Shown one piece after another: positions 1 to 7,963 of a DNA stretch of 39,079 nucleotides. The notes below the pieces were generated by a model. It saw only the letters and a program-made list of their open reading frames with translations, did not search any database and was not told the origin of the DNA. Location: the IMG/VR virus record IMGVR_UViG_3300045988_151092; one strand, written 5' to 3'. Numbering within the stretch: the stretch's first letter is position 1; each line of letters begins with the position of its first letter. This DNA comes from a virus. Made by a program: the position numbers and the translations under genes.

Positions 1-55
1 AAAAGATAAGAAGCTTAAGACAAATGCTATGAGAATATTGGATTCTAAAAAGGTT
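1..55. repeat. Terminal direct repeat, copy 1 (identical to 39025-39079)
   Basis: Base-by-base comparison shows aaaagataagaagcttaagacaaatgctatgagaatattggattctaaaaaggtt at both window ends. Confidence 0.95.
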
Positions 56-481
56 CCTTATGAAATGTTAAGTTATGAAAGTGAAGATGGAAAGATAGAT
101 GGAATATCTGTAGCGCATAAAATTGGAGTAGATGAAAAGAATGTATTTAAAACATTAGTAGCTCAAGGGACAAGTAAAGAGTTATATGTTTTTGTTATAC
201 CAGTAGCAGAAGAATTAGATTTAAAGAATGCTGCTAAGATAGCTGAAGAAAAGAAGGTTGAAATGATAGCAGTTAAGGATATATTAAAATACACTGGCTA
301 CATTCGCGGTGGATGTTCCCCTATCGGTTTAAAACGTGATTACAGAACATTTATACATGAGAGTGCTAAAGGCTTAGATTTCATGATAGTAAGTGCAGGA
401 AAGATAGGACATCAAATAAAATTAAATCCCAATGACTTAGTAGAAGTAGTATCTGGTAAATTTGAAAATCTAATAAAATAG
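2..481 (+). CDS. ybaK: YbaK/EbsC-type Cys-tRNA(Pro) deacylase (trans-editing), 5' end cut by the window edge and continued from 39020
   Basis: By eye the protein aligns with E. coli YbaK (VFKTLV, ELDLKNAAK..KKVEM, TGYIRGGCSPIG). The frame stays open back to base 2 (KDKKLKTNA before the tracked Met at 29). Stop TAG is at 479-481. Confidence 0.8.
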   Translation, partial: KDKKLKTNAMRILDSKKVPYEMLSYESEDGKIDGISVAHKIGVDEKNVFKTLVAQGTSKELYVFVIPVAEELDLKNAAKIAEEKKVEMIAVKDILKYTGYIRGGCSPIGLKRDYRTFIHESAKGLDFMIVSAGKIGHQIKLNPNDLVEVVSGKFENLIK

Positions 482-533
482 TTTTGTCTAAATAAACATA
501 GGTGGATGTTCACCACAGTTTATTTAGACAAAA
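482..533. repeat. 52-bp dyad: perfect 16-bp arms (482-497 / 518-533) plus an inner GGTG/CACC pair. Candidate attP for the adjacent serine recombinase
   Basis: ttttgtctaaataaac ... gtttatttagacaaaa are exact reverse complements. The dyad fills almost the whole gap between the convergent ybaK and int genes. Confidence 0.4.
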
Positions 534-538
534 AGATG

Positions 539-2047
539 TCACATAAAGGTAACATCTAAATCATTTGTTTCAGGGTCATAAACAATCTTTTTAAATATAC
601 TCATAGTAATTTTTCTTTTGTCATCAACACTTAAATTATTATTAAAAGCTTTTATATTATTATATATAAGAGCTTTATCTGTTTTTATCTTTGAATTTAA
701 TTCTTGTAACTCTAATTCTACAATATTACTCTTGATAGATGACTTTTCTTTTATTAAATTTTCAATTTTATCTATAAATATTAATGAAGCATCATTACTT
801 AATAATGCTATTTTATCAGTAAGATTAGAAATTGTTTTATCAATTTCAATTACTTTTTTATTTAAGCTAGCTATTTTAAAAGAGTTATCAACTTTATTTA
901 TAGAGTATGATGAATTAAATATTTTTTCATCTTTTAAAGAATATATTAAAGCTGAAACTTTAGCTTCTAATACATCTTGTTTAACTCTTTTAGTATTAGT
1001 ACAAGTTTTTAGCTTACCACGAACAGCATCTCTACAAGAGTAATAACTATAGGTTGATACATATATTTTTTCTTCACCTTTTTTATTATAGTACTTAGTT
1101 TTAGTGGTTTTAGTTTGTCCGCAATATGTTTGTCCACAGCATTTACACCTAATAGTTTTAGTAAGCCAAAACTTCTCACTAAATCTATTACCTTCTCTTG
1201 AAATATTTTTATCCATATCTTTATTTACAGAAATCCAAATAGAAGGTTCTATTAATCCAACTATATTACTAACAATAGCATATTTAGTGTCCTTATCTGT
1301 ATAGGTTAAATATGAATGTATATTATCTTCAGTTCCTTGAACTATATATCCTTTAGACTTTAAATAAAGGGATACTGAAGAGGAGCTCTTAACATAAATA
1401 GGTTTTCTTAAAGTTGTTGCTAATGTACCTCCTAAAAATTTATGGTTATACTTGTGTTGTATAAACTGAATAAGGTCAGTATTTTTACTTTTTTCATATT
1501 TCATATTGAATACATCTAAAATCATATCTTTATTATCCCATTCAATACCACCATTTGGATTATTTTTAAATCCTGTAGGAGGAGAGCCACCTGTCCATTT
1601 ACCTTTTTTAGCTATAGATAGTAAATTATCTTTTACTCTTTGCTGAATATTACTTCTTTCCATTTCAGCAAAACTTGCTAGTAGTGTAAGCATTACTTTA
1701 CCCATTTGAGTATTGGGGTCAAAACCTTCTGTTATAGATATAAGCTCAACATTATTTTCTTTAAACATTTCTAGTATATTTAGAAAGTCTAGTGTATTTC
1801 TTGCTATTCTATCTATTTTATAGCAAACAACTATATCTATTTGTTTTAACTCAGCTAATCTAAGCAACTTTTGAAATGCAGGTCTATTAGTATTACCACC
1901 AGAAAAACCTTCATCTTCAAAAACTTCAAAAGTAGAGTTAGTAAATTTTTTTAATATATATTCTTTACACATGTTTATTTGAGTTTCTATTGAAACAGAA
2001 CCTTCTATATAAACAGATTTTCTACTGTAAATTGCTACTTTTTTCAT
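539..2047 (-). CDS. Large serine recombinase (phage integrase)
   Basis: Has an N-terminal resolvase-type catalytic domain (VAIYSRKSV...), a recombinase domain, a Cys-rich zinc ribbon (RCKCCG...C..C) and a C-terminal coiled coil. Length is 502 aa and it sits at the edge of the lysogeny module. Confidence 0.9.
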   Translation of the reverse strand: MKKVAIYSRKSVYIEGSVSIETQINMCKEYILKKFTNSTFEVFEDEGFSGGNTNRPAFQKLLRLAELKQIDIVVCYKIDRIARNTLDFLNILEMFKENNVELISITEGFDPNTQMGKVMLTLLASFAEMERSNIQQRVKDNLLSIAKKGKWTGGSPPTGFKNNPNGGIEWDNKDMILDVFNMKYEKSKNTDLIQFIQHKYNHKFLGGTLATTLRKPIYVKSSSSVSLYLKSKGYIVQGTEDNIHSYLTYTDKDTKYAIVSNIVGLIEPSIWISVNKDMDKNISREGNRFSEKFWLTKTIRCKCCGQTYCGQTKTTKTKYYNKKGEEKIYVSTYSYYSCRDAVRGKLKTCTNTKRVKQDVLEAKVSALIYSLKDEKIFNSSYSINKVDNSFKIASLNKKVIEIDKTISNLTDKIALLSNDASLIFIDKIENLIKEKSSIKSNIVELELQELNSKIKTDKALIYNNIKAFNNNLSVDDKRKITMSIFKKIVYDPETNDLDVTFM

Positions 2048-2104
2048 GTTAATCCCTCCTTATTAAAAAATCTCTTAGTCAAAATTGCCTAAGAGACTTT
2101 AATT

Positions 2105-2569
2105 TTAAAAGAACTTACCAATCATTAAGTTAGGAATAAATCTAACTTCATAATTATCTATTTTGCAAGAAACACCGTATTTACATCTATAATAATCTAT
2201 TGCATCTTCTAAATAACTTTCAGTAACCCCTAAAAAATCAGCAATTTCTTTAGAGGTTTTACATCCATTTTCAAATGATCTTATTAGACCAAGTATTCCA
2301 ACATTTTGATTATAACCCCATTTTCTTGCTAAAAGTTCTTGCTTAACGTTTCTAACATCTTGCAGATTTGTAATATTACCAACAGTTAATTTATAATGCC
2401 CCAGCTCTTCGGCTAACACACAGTATTTTTCTTTAGTGCTCACATTACCATTTATATATATTTTATTTCCATGGCATTTAGCACAGGGTAAATTGTTTCT
2501 AAAATCAACCTCGACTACAGAAACACCTTCTTTTTCAGCCTTAGTTAATAATTTTTCATAGTTGTTCAT
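2105..2569 (-). CDS. ImmA/IrrE-like (DUF955) protein with a degenerate metal motif
   Basis: The size and the position directly downstream of the XRE repressor fit ImmA. The motif region reads LAEELGHYKL, so EELGH stands where HEXXH is expected. Confidence 0.6.
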   Translation of the reverse strand: MNNYEKLLTKAEKEGVSVVEVDFRNNLPCAKCHGNKIYINGNVSTKEKYCVLAEELGHYKLTVGNITNLQDVRNVKQELLARKWGYNQNVGILGLIRSFENGCKTSKEIADFLGVTESYLEDAIDYYRCKYGVSCKIDNYEVRFIPNLMIGKFF

Positions 2570-2596
2570 TGTAAATGTTCCCCCATTTAGAAGCGT

Positions 2597-3109
2597 TTAC
2601 TTTTTATGCTTTTTCTCATACTCAGCAATAACTTCGTCCATGATATTTTTTTGTTCTTCTGTAAGACCATCATCATGACAAGCAATAGGCATAAGATATT
2701 CTTTACCTGGTTCTTCCCATATTTCTTTTTCTCTTTTAGGAAGTTGAGTTATTTTACTTTCATTTTGATACTTAGGCATTTCCATTAAATCTTTAGTATA
2801 AGTAATAACTTTATCTTTACCTTCAGTATTTAATTTTCTTAAATCTTCTATATGTTGTTGTTCTTCTTTAGAATAATTAGAAGTAACATCTGTTTTTTTT
2901 ACTTCATCAAAATCCCATCCCATTAATATAGCTGGAGATATATTAAGTGCTTTTGAGAGAGCAATTATATTATCTCTTCGCATATTTTCAATCATTCCAG
3001 TTTCCCATTTTCTTACGGTACTTTTTCCAACACCTACTAATTCACCTAACTGTTCATACGTTAGGCCTAATTCTTGTCTCTTTTCTCGAATTAAATCTTT
3101 TATCTCCAT
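2597..3109 (-). CDS. XRE-family HTH repressor (CI/ImmR-like)
   Basis: The N-terminal HTH reads LGLTYEQLGELVGVGKSTVRKWETG. The gene is divergent from the cro-like gene, and its C-terminal half shows no obvious S24 peptidase motif. Confidence 0.85.
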   Translation of the reverse strand: MEIKDLIREKRQELGLTYEQLGELVGVGKSTVRKWETGMIENMRRDNIIALSKALNISPAILMGWDFDEVKKTDVTSNYSKEEQQHIEDLRKLNTEGKDKVITYTKDLMEMPKYQNESKITQLPKREKEIWEEPGKEYLMPIACHDDGLTEEQKNIMDEVIAEYEKKHKK

Positions 3110-3147
3110 AATTTTCCCCTTTCTGTATTTGTTTCAATTATATTACT

Positions 3148-3252
3148 ATTGTGTCTTTTATGCAACTTTTTATTCTTTTTTTGAGAAAAAGTGTCTTAAA
3201 GTGTTGACAAGTTTTGAAAAAGAGATTAGACTAAAAGTGTCTTAAATGACAC
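3148..3252. promoter_or_regulatory. Divergent immunity promoter/operator region with three GTGTCTT operator half-site copies and a TTGACA(3204-3209)-17-TAGACT(3227-3232) promoter facing cro
   Basis: GTGTCTT begins at 3151, 3191 and 3237. The stretch 3237-3252 (gtgtcttaaatgacac) is a near-palindrome. Confidence 0.6.
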
Positions 3253-3274
3253 TAAGTGAAAAGGAGGTAATAAG

Positions 3275-3484
3275 ATGGGAAATATTTTAAAGTCATTAAT
3301 TGTTCTTAAAGGAAAAACTATTCCAGAGGTTGCCAAAGAAATGCATATTGGTAAATCAACTCTTTACAAGAAAATTTATGGAGAGTCAGAATTTACAAGA
3401 AAAGAAATTTCAGAATTAATGTCTATATTAGAAATAGAGCCATATAGAGCTATGGAAATTTTTTTTAATGTAAAAGTGTCTTAA
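3275..3484 (+). CDS. Cro-like small HTH regulator
   Basis: HTH reads IPEVAKEMHIGKSTLYKKIYG. RBS is AAGGAGG. It is the first gene of the rightward early operon. Confidence 0.8.
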   Translation: MGNILKSLIVLKGKTIPEVAKEMHIGKSTLYKKIYGESEFTRKEISELMSILEIEPYRAMEIFFNVKVS

Positions 3485-3491
3485 AAGACAC
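3476..3491. promoter_or_regulatory. Fourth operator copy, a perfect 16-bp palindrome gtgtcttaaaagacac overlapping the cro stop codon
   Basis: It is an exact palindrome and shares the AAAGTGTCTTAAA motif with the sites at 3187-3252. Confidence 0.55.
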
Positions 3492-3571
3492 GAAGGTTGA
3501 GTTTAGTTTTTTACGTTTTAAAACTTTAATTCGTATAGTTATTTAGATATTTAAAAAAGGAGATTTAAAAG

Positions 3572-4297
3572 ATGAATAATTTAATGATTTTTGAAAACAA
3601 AGAATTAGGAATGGATGTAAGAGCAATAAAAAATAAAGATGGAAGTATTTCTATTAACGCAGAAGATACAGCAAGAGGCTTTGGATTTACGCAGATTAAG
3701 AATAAAAAAGAATATGTAAGATGGGAAACTTTAAACACCTATTGTAAAGAATTTGGATTTTCCCAACAAGTTGGGAAAGATGATTTCATTCCTGAAAGCT
3801 TATTCTATTTGTTAGGAATGAAGGCAAATAATGATGTTGCCAGAAAGTTTCAAACTTGGTTAGCTATTGATGTTATTCCGGCTGTAAGAAAAACAGGACA
3901 ATACAAGACCCAGAATAAAGAATTGCTATCCAGTATTGATATGTTTGAACTACAAGTTAAAGCTTTAAGAGAAGTTGAAGAGAAAGTAAATGAAGTAGAT
4001 AAAAAATTTGATGATTTACCACTATTTGAAATTGACAGTAAGGATTTAAAAAAGAAAGTTAATAGAGTTGTAGTTTCATTACTAGGTGGTAAGAAGTCTA
4101 ATGCATATAAACCACTAAGTAAAAAAGTATTTTCAGATTTATATGGACAAATTCATAGGGAGTTTGGAGTTAATACTTGTGCAGCTATAAAAAGAAGGGA
4201 TTTAGATTTAGCTAAAGAGATAGTTGATAACTATACACTACCAAGAGCATTAAAAGAAGAAATAGAACTTGCTAATAGTCAATTAGCATTTGCTTGA
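3572..4297 (+). CDS. Antirepressor-like protein (Bro-N/ORF6N-type N-terminus)
   Basis: The N-terminus MIFENKELGMDVRAI..INAEDTARGFGF is typical of phage antirepressors. It sits just after cro. Confidence 0.65.
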   Translation: MNNLMIFENKELGMDVRAIKNKDGSISINAEDTARGFGFTQIKNKKEYVRWETLNTYCKEFGFSQQVGKDDFIPESLFYLLGMKANNDVARKFQTWLAIDVIPAVRKTGQYKTQNKELLSSIDMFELQVKALREVEEKVNEVDKKFDDLPLFEIDSKDLKKKVNRVVVSLLGGKKSNAYKPLSKKVFSDLYGQIHREFGVNTCAAIKRRDLDLAKEIVDNYTLPRALKEEIELANSQLAFA

Positions 4298-4424
4298 AAT
4301 AATTGTTTGCTAGACAAGCATTAATTAAACAGCATATCTCACTAATGCTAAGGGAATATATAGTACAAGCTTTAATTAGAAGCCAATTAAAGCTAAGGGG
4401 AAATAAAACAAGGAGGATATTAGG

Positions 4425-4658
4425 ATGGCTAAAAGAAAAAAAGAAAATCCAAATGATTGGGATGAAAGTTTATTCCCAAAGTTAATTATAAAGGATGGTA
4501 AACCATTTGTTACAGATGGTTATATAGGATCATCTAAAGTCACTATTGTAAGACAACCATCTATGGAAACAGTAGAAAGGTTTAATAAATTTCTAGCTAA
4601 AAAAGAAATTGAAGCTAGAACTGAATTACAGAAATTAAGGAGTGTAGAAGAATGTTAA
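4425..4658 (+). CDS. Hypothetical early protein
   Basis: AGGAGG RBS precedes the ATG. The ORF lies within the co-oriented early operon. Confidence 0.6.
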   Translation: MAKRKKENPNDWDESLFPKLIIKDGKPFVTDGYIGSSKVTIVRQPSMETVERFNKFLAKKEIEARTELQKLRSVEEC

Positions 4659-4831
4659 CTCCAAAAGGAAGAATCATCTTAGGAATAATATCAACAGTTA
4701 CAGCTTTATATCTAAGTGTACATTTTATGATTAAAAGCCTAGATGAAAAAGAGCCAAAGCAAAGTTTTAAATACTTAATACTAAGTGCATGCAATATGTT
4801 AGCTTTAATATTTTCAATAAATGTAATTTAA
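4652..4831 (+). CDS. Small membrane protein (59 aa, two hydrophobic segments), below the ORF-track cutoff
   Basis: Hand translation gives MLTPKGRIILGIISTVTALYLSVHFMIKSLDEKEPKQSFKYLILSACNMLALIFSINVI. AGGAG lies 10 nt upstream, and the ATG overlaps the preceding stop. Confidence 0.5.
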   Translation: MLTPKGRIILGIISTVTALYLSVHFMIKSLDEKEPKQSFKYLILSACNMLALIFSINVI

Positions 4832-4845
4832 GGAGGAATTTTATA

Positions 4846-5130
4846 ATGGAAAATAATAAATATGTATTCGTAAAGGATTTTGATACAGCTTTAGTTCAAT
4901 TAGGAGAGATTCTTGATAACTTTAACGATAATAGAAATTTTGAGGTTACAGATGATGATATAAGAGCTTTAGAATTAATTATTAAAGCACATAGGAACGG
5001 ATTAAGTACTAAAGATTTAGTTAGTCTATTATCACAAAGAGAAGGGGTAGAATTAATAAGTGTAGATCCACATACTGAAAAAAATATAACAATATGTGGA
5101 CCAGCAATAGTTTTAAATATAATTGATTAG
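4846..5130 (+). CDS. Hypothetical protein (start moved to the RBS-backed ATG)
   Basis: AGGAGG at 4831-4836 precedes the ATG at 4846 (MENNKYVF...). The tracked upstream start overlaps the previous gene. Confidence 0.6.
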   Translation: MENNKYVFVKDFDTALVQLGEILDNFNDNRNFEVTDDDIRALELIIKAHRNGLSTKDLVSLLSQREGVELISVDPHTEKNITICGPAIVLNIID

Positions 5131-5336
5131 CGAACCTTACTGTATCTATAAGAATTCTTTATAAAAGCATGATGATATTTGCCTTTAGATGAAGCGTTTA
5201 AAAGCCCTTCAAATATATTCTGTGGAACATTGTAGTAATCATAAACTCCAGAATGAAAGGCAATTCTTAAGGTAGCAGTACTTGAATCATAACCAACCGC
5301 AACTAAGTTGCTTGATGATACAGGTATCATATTCAT
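5127..5336 (-). CDS. KTSC-domain small protein, the only minus-strand gene inside the early operon
   Basis: SSNLVAVGYDSSTATLRIAFHSGVYDYYNVP..F..L matches the KTSC domain pattern. AGGAGG lies 8 nt upstream of the ATG at 5336. Confidence 0.6.
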   Translation of the reverse strand: MNMIPVSSSNLVAVGYDSSTATLRIAFHSGVYDYYNVPQNIFEGLLNASSKGKYHHAFIKNSYRYSKVR

Positions 5337-5428
5337 AAAAAACACCTCCTCTCAATATAAGTGTACAACCTTTAAATTAAAAAGTTTGTAGAAATGTGTT
5401 GAATGGAGAAGAGGAAAGGAGAAAAATA

Positions 5429-5593
5429 ATGAAACAATTAAAAAGATTAACTCAAAAACAAAAGAAATTATTTAAAGAATTATATGGAGTGAAGGAACCT
5501 TCCAAGAGATTTGGAGTTCATAGAGTTACTAAGGATGGCATTATATTTTGGGATAAGCTAGAAAATAAAGCTATGGATCCAATAAGAATTTAG
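5429..5593 (+). CDS. Hypothetical small basic protein
   Basis: RBS GGAAAGGAG precedes the ATG at 5429 (MKQLKRLTQKQKK...). Confidence 0.5.
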   Translation: MKQLKRLTQKQKKLFKELYGVKEPSKRFGVHRVTKDGIIFWDKLENKAMDPIRI

Positions 5594-5608
5594 TTAGGAG
5601 TAGTAGAA

Positions 5609-5719
5609 ATGAGAAAAGTTAATACAGGTTGCTTAGTAATTTTAATTGTACTAATTGTAATTTGGAGCATTATCTATTATGTAGTTTATAAAATATTAGG
5701 TTGGTTAGTTTTATGTTAG
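5609..5719 (+). CDS. 36-aa hydrophobic peptide (single TM)
   Basis: Hand translation gives MRKVNTGCLVILIVLIVIWSIIYYVVYKILGWLVLC. AGGAG lies 8 nt upstream. Confidence 0.4.
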   Translation: MRKVNTGCLVILIVLIVIWSIIYYVVYKILGWLVLC

Positions 5720-5956
5720 AACTAGCTAAGAAGATTACAAAAAATGTACAAGAAAGACTAAGCAAACTAACAATAGACGAAACTATAAATGTTTTAATAG
5801 AGGAAGAAATAAAAAAGAGAGTACCAAGGCACCGACCAAAGTAGCCAAGGCACTCAAGAAATAAATCTCAAGGATATATTACCACTAGGAATGGATTTAG
5901 ACAATGGTGAAATTTATGATATTGAAACTGGAGAAACAGTAAAGGAGCTGTAACTT

Positions 5957-6145
5957 ATGGGCAATTTACCAGATTGTTGTTATGAGTATAGATTCAATAG
6001 AGAAGAGCCAAGAGCTGTAGAAACTTGTACTGAATGTGGTTATAGCATATATGCAGGTGAAAGCTATTACTCTATTGGAGATAAGATAATATGCTGTGAA
6101 TGTATAGAGGATTTTAAGGAAGAAGCTAAAGATACTAAATTTTAA
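5957..6145 (+). CDS. Small Cys-rich zinc-ribbon protein
   Basis: Contains the CxxC pairs TCTECG ... CCECI. An RBS is present. Confidence 0.55.
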   Translation: MGNLPDCCYEYRFNREEPRAVETCTECGYSIYAGESYYSIGDKIICCECIEDFKEEAKDTKF

Positions 6146-6162
6146 AATAGGAGGAAAAAGTT

Positions 6163-6816
6163 ATGCCAGAAACAAAGAAGCTTAACATATATCAGAAAAT
6201 ACAAAAGGCTAGGGTAGATTTACAAAATAAAGATTTAAAGAAAACAGGATATAACAAGTATTCAAATTATAAATATTTTGAATTAGGAGATTTCTTACCA
6301 CATATCAATGATATTTGTAATGAGATTGGATTATATACAGAGTTTAGTTATGAAGAGAAGTTAGCAACTTTAACAATATATAATACAGAAAATTTAGAAG
6401 AAAAAAGAATATGGACAACACCAGTTGAGGTAGCCACATTAAAAGGATGCAGTACTATTCAAAATATAGGTGGTACTCAAAGTTTTGCAAGAAGATATTT
6501 ATATATGATGGCTTTTGAAATTGCTGAAACTGATGTAATAGATGGTGGAGCAGTTGATGAAGATGCGGAATTAGGAAAGCAGAAAATAGGACAGGCTCAT
6601 GTATTAACAATTAATAGTTTAATACAAGAAACTGAAACAGACAAAAAAGAGTTTTTAGCTTGGGCAGGAGTTAATAGAGTGGAAGATATAAAAAATGAAG
6701 CGGTAGGAACTTGTCTAACTATGCTTAATAAAAAGAAAATATTAAAAGAAAAAAGAGAGCAAGAGGAATTAAAGCAAATAGAAGCAGAGCAACAACAAAG
6801 AGATTTTGATTTTTAG
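6163..6816 (+). CDS. erf: Erf-family single-strand annealing recombinase
   Basis: By eye it aligns with P22 Erf (YNKYSNYKYFELGDFL ; GGTQSFARRYLYMMAFEI). Confidence 0.8.
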   Translation: MPETKKLNIYQKIQKARVDLQNKDLKKTGYNKYSNYKYFELGDFLPHINDICNEIGLYTEFSYEEKLATLTIYNTENLEEKRIWTTPVEVATLKGCSTIQNIGGTQSFARRYLYMMAFEIAETDVIDGGAVDEDAELGKQKIGQAHVLTINSLIQETETDKKEFLAWAGVNRVEDIKNEAVGTCLTMLNKKKILKEKREQEELKQIEAEQQQRDFDF

Positions 6817-6828
6817 GAGAGTTGAGAA

Positions 6829-7740
6829 ATGAAAGAGATACAAATAAATAAAGAATTACCAGTAATAAAAATGAACTTTGAAGAAGTTAAAGGATCACTA
6901 CAAGAAACTATGAAAAAGTTTGAGGGAATTATAGTTACAGAAGAAAGTTTAAAAGACTGTAAAGCAACTCAAAAAGATTTGGCAGGCCTTAGAAATAAGA
7001 TAGATACCTATAGAAAAGATGTTAAAAGAGAGATGTTAACTCCTATCGATATATTTGAATATCAATGTAAAGAGCTAATATACCTTATAGCGGATGTAGA
7101 AAAACCAATAAAAGAAGGAATAAAAGTATTTGATGATAAGCGCAGGGAAGAGAAAAGACAAAAAGCATTGGAGCTTATTAAAGAAAGTATAACTAAGCAT
7201 AATCTAAGCAAAGAATATGCTTCAAAGCTTACTGTAAAAAATGAATATTTAAACCTAAGTAAAAGCTTAAAAAGTGTTAGGGAAGATATAGAATCAAGAG
7301 CTTTATTATTAGAAAGAGAGCAGGAAGATGAAAAGCAAAGAAAAGAAATGCTTAGAGTTTCAATAGAAAATGCTATAAGTGTAGCTAATGAAGGTATTAA
7401 TACTAAGTTAAAATTTGAGAACTTTACTAAGTATATAGAATTTGGATGGTCTTTAGATAGAATTTTAAAAGAAATTAATGATAAGGCAACTATGATAAAG
7501 GAAGCTGAAAAACCAAAGGAGCAACCTAAAGTTGAAGTTAAAGAACCAGTTCAAACACCTTTAGATATCTCTAAACCACTTGAAAATGTTAAAAAAGAGG
7601 TCGAAGAAGAAATTAGGCAAGATAAATTCTTTGTGGATGTTTATGTAGAACATAATTTTGAAATGATCCAGGCTTTAAGTAAATTCTTAAAAGATAATGG
7701 ATATAACTATGAGGTTCATAAAAAAGGAAAAGTTAAATAG
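6829..7740 (+). CDS. DUF1351-like recombination/replication-associated protein
   Basis: The N-terminal pattern (LPVIKMNFEEVKGSL...TEESLKDCKATQKDLAGLRNKID) and the position after erf both fit. Confidence 0.55.
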   Translation: MKEIQINKELPVIKMNFEEVKGSLQETMKKFEGIIVTEESLKDCKATQKDLAGLRNKIDTYRKDVKREMLTPIDIFEYQCKELIYLIADVEKPIKEGIKVFDDKRREEKRQKALELIKESITKHNLSKEYASKLTVKNEYLNLSKSLKSVREDIESRALLLEREQEDEKQRKEMLRVSIENAISVANEGINTKLKFENFTKYIEFGWSLDRILKEINDKATMIKEAEKPKEQPKVEVKEPVQTPLDISKPLENVKKEVEEEIRQDKFFVDVYVEHNFEMIQALSKFLKDNGYNYEVHKKGKVK

Positions 7741-7753
7741 GAAAGCTTAGGAG

Positions 7754-7951
7754 GTGCTTAAGTTGGAAATAAAGTTAGAGGAAGTTAAGAAGTACGGAAA
7801 AGAGGAGAACTTCTTTATAGATATAAGAGATACTGAAAGGGTTGTATTAAGCATAAAGGATAGGGATGACATTATAGTACCAATGGATGAAGCTTCTTTT
7901 AATGAGCTAAGAGAAAAGATAAATGAAGCTTACGAGTTAAGACAGATGTAA
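7754..7951 (+). CDS. Hypothetical protein (the start may be TTG at 7763)
   Basis: The AGGAGG at 7749-7754 is better spaced for the TTG at 7763. Confidence 0.5.
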   Translation: MLKLEIKLEEVKKYGKEENFFIDIRDTERVVLSIKDRDDIIVPMDEASFNELREKINEAYELRQM

Positions 7952-7963
7952 GGAGTGTAAGGA

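Noticed and set aside
482-533. The 16-bp-arm dyad read as a bidirectional intrinsic terminator
   Set aside because: On both strands the T-run precedes the stem and the A-run follows it, so no U-tract trails the hairpin in either transcription direction. It is kept only as an att or binding-site candidate.
618-1304. Plus-strand ORFs 618-1043 and 1104-1304
   Set aside because: They lie entirely antisense within the well-supported serine recombinase gene. They are low-complexity Leu/Ile/Ser-rich shadow frames typical of AT-rich DNA, with no RBS.
2606-2788. Plus-strand ORF inside the repressor gene
   Set aside because: It is an antisense shadow of the XRE repressor CDS with no RBS.
4303-4485. 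60-aa ORF between the antirepressor gene and the 4425 gene
   Set aside because: It has a non-ATG start and no RBS. It also overlaps the RBS-backed start at 4425, so it is probably non-coding.
5824-5853. The 9-bp direct repeat ccaaggcac (5824-5832 and 5845-5853)
   Set aside because: It is short, occurs only twice, and lies in a stretch of tiny overlapping ORFs. That is too little evidence for a functional site.
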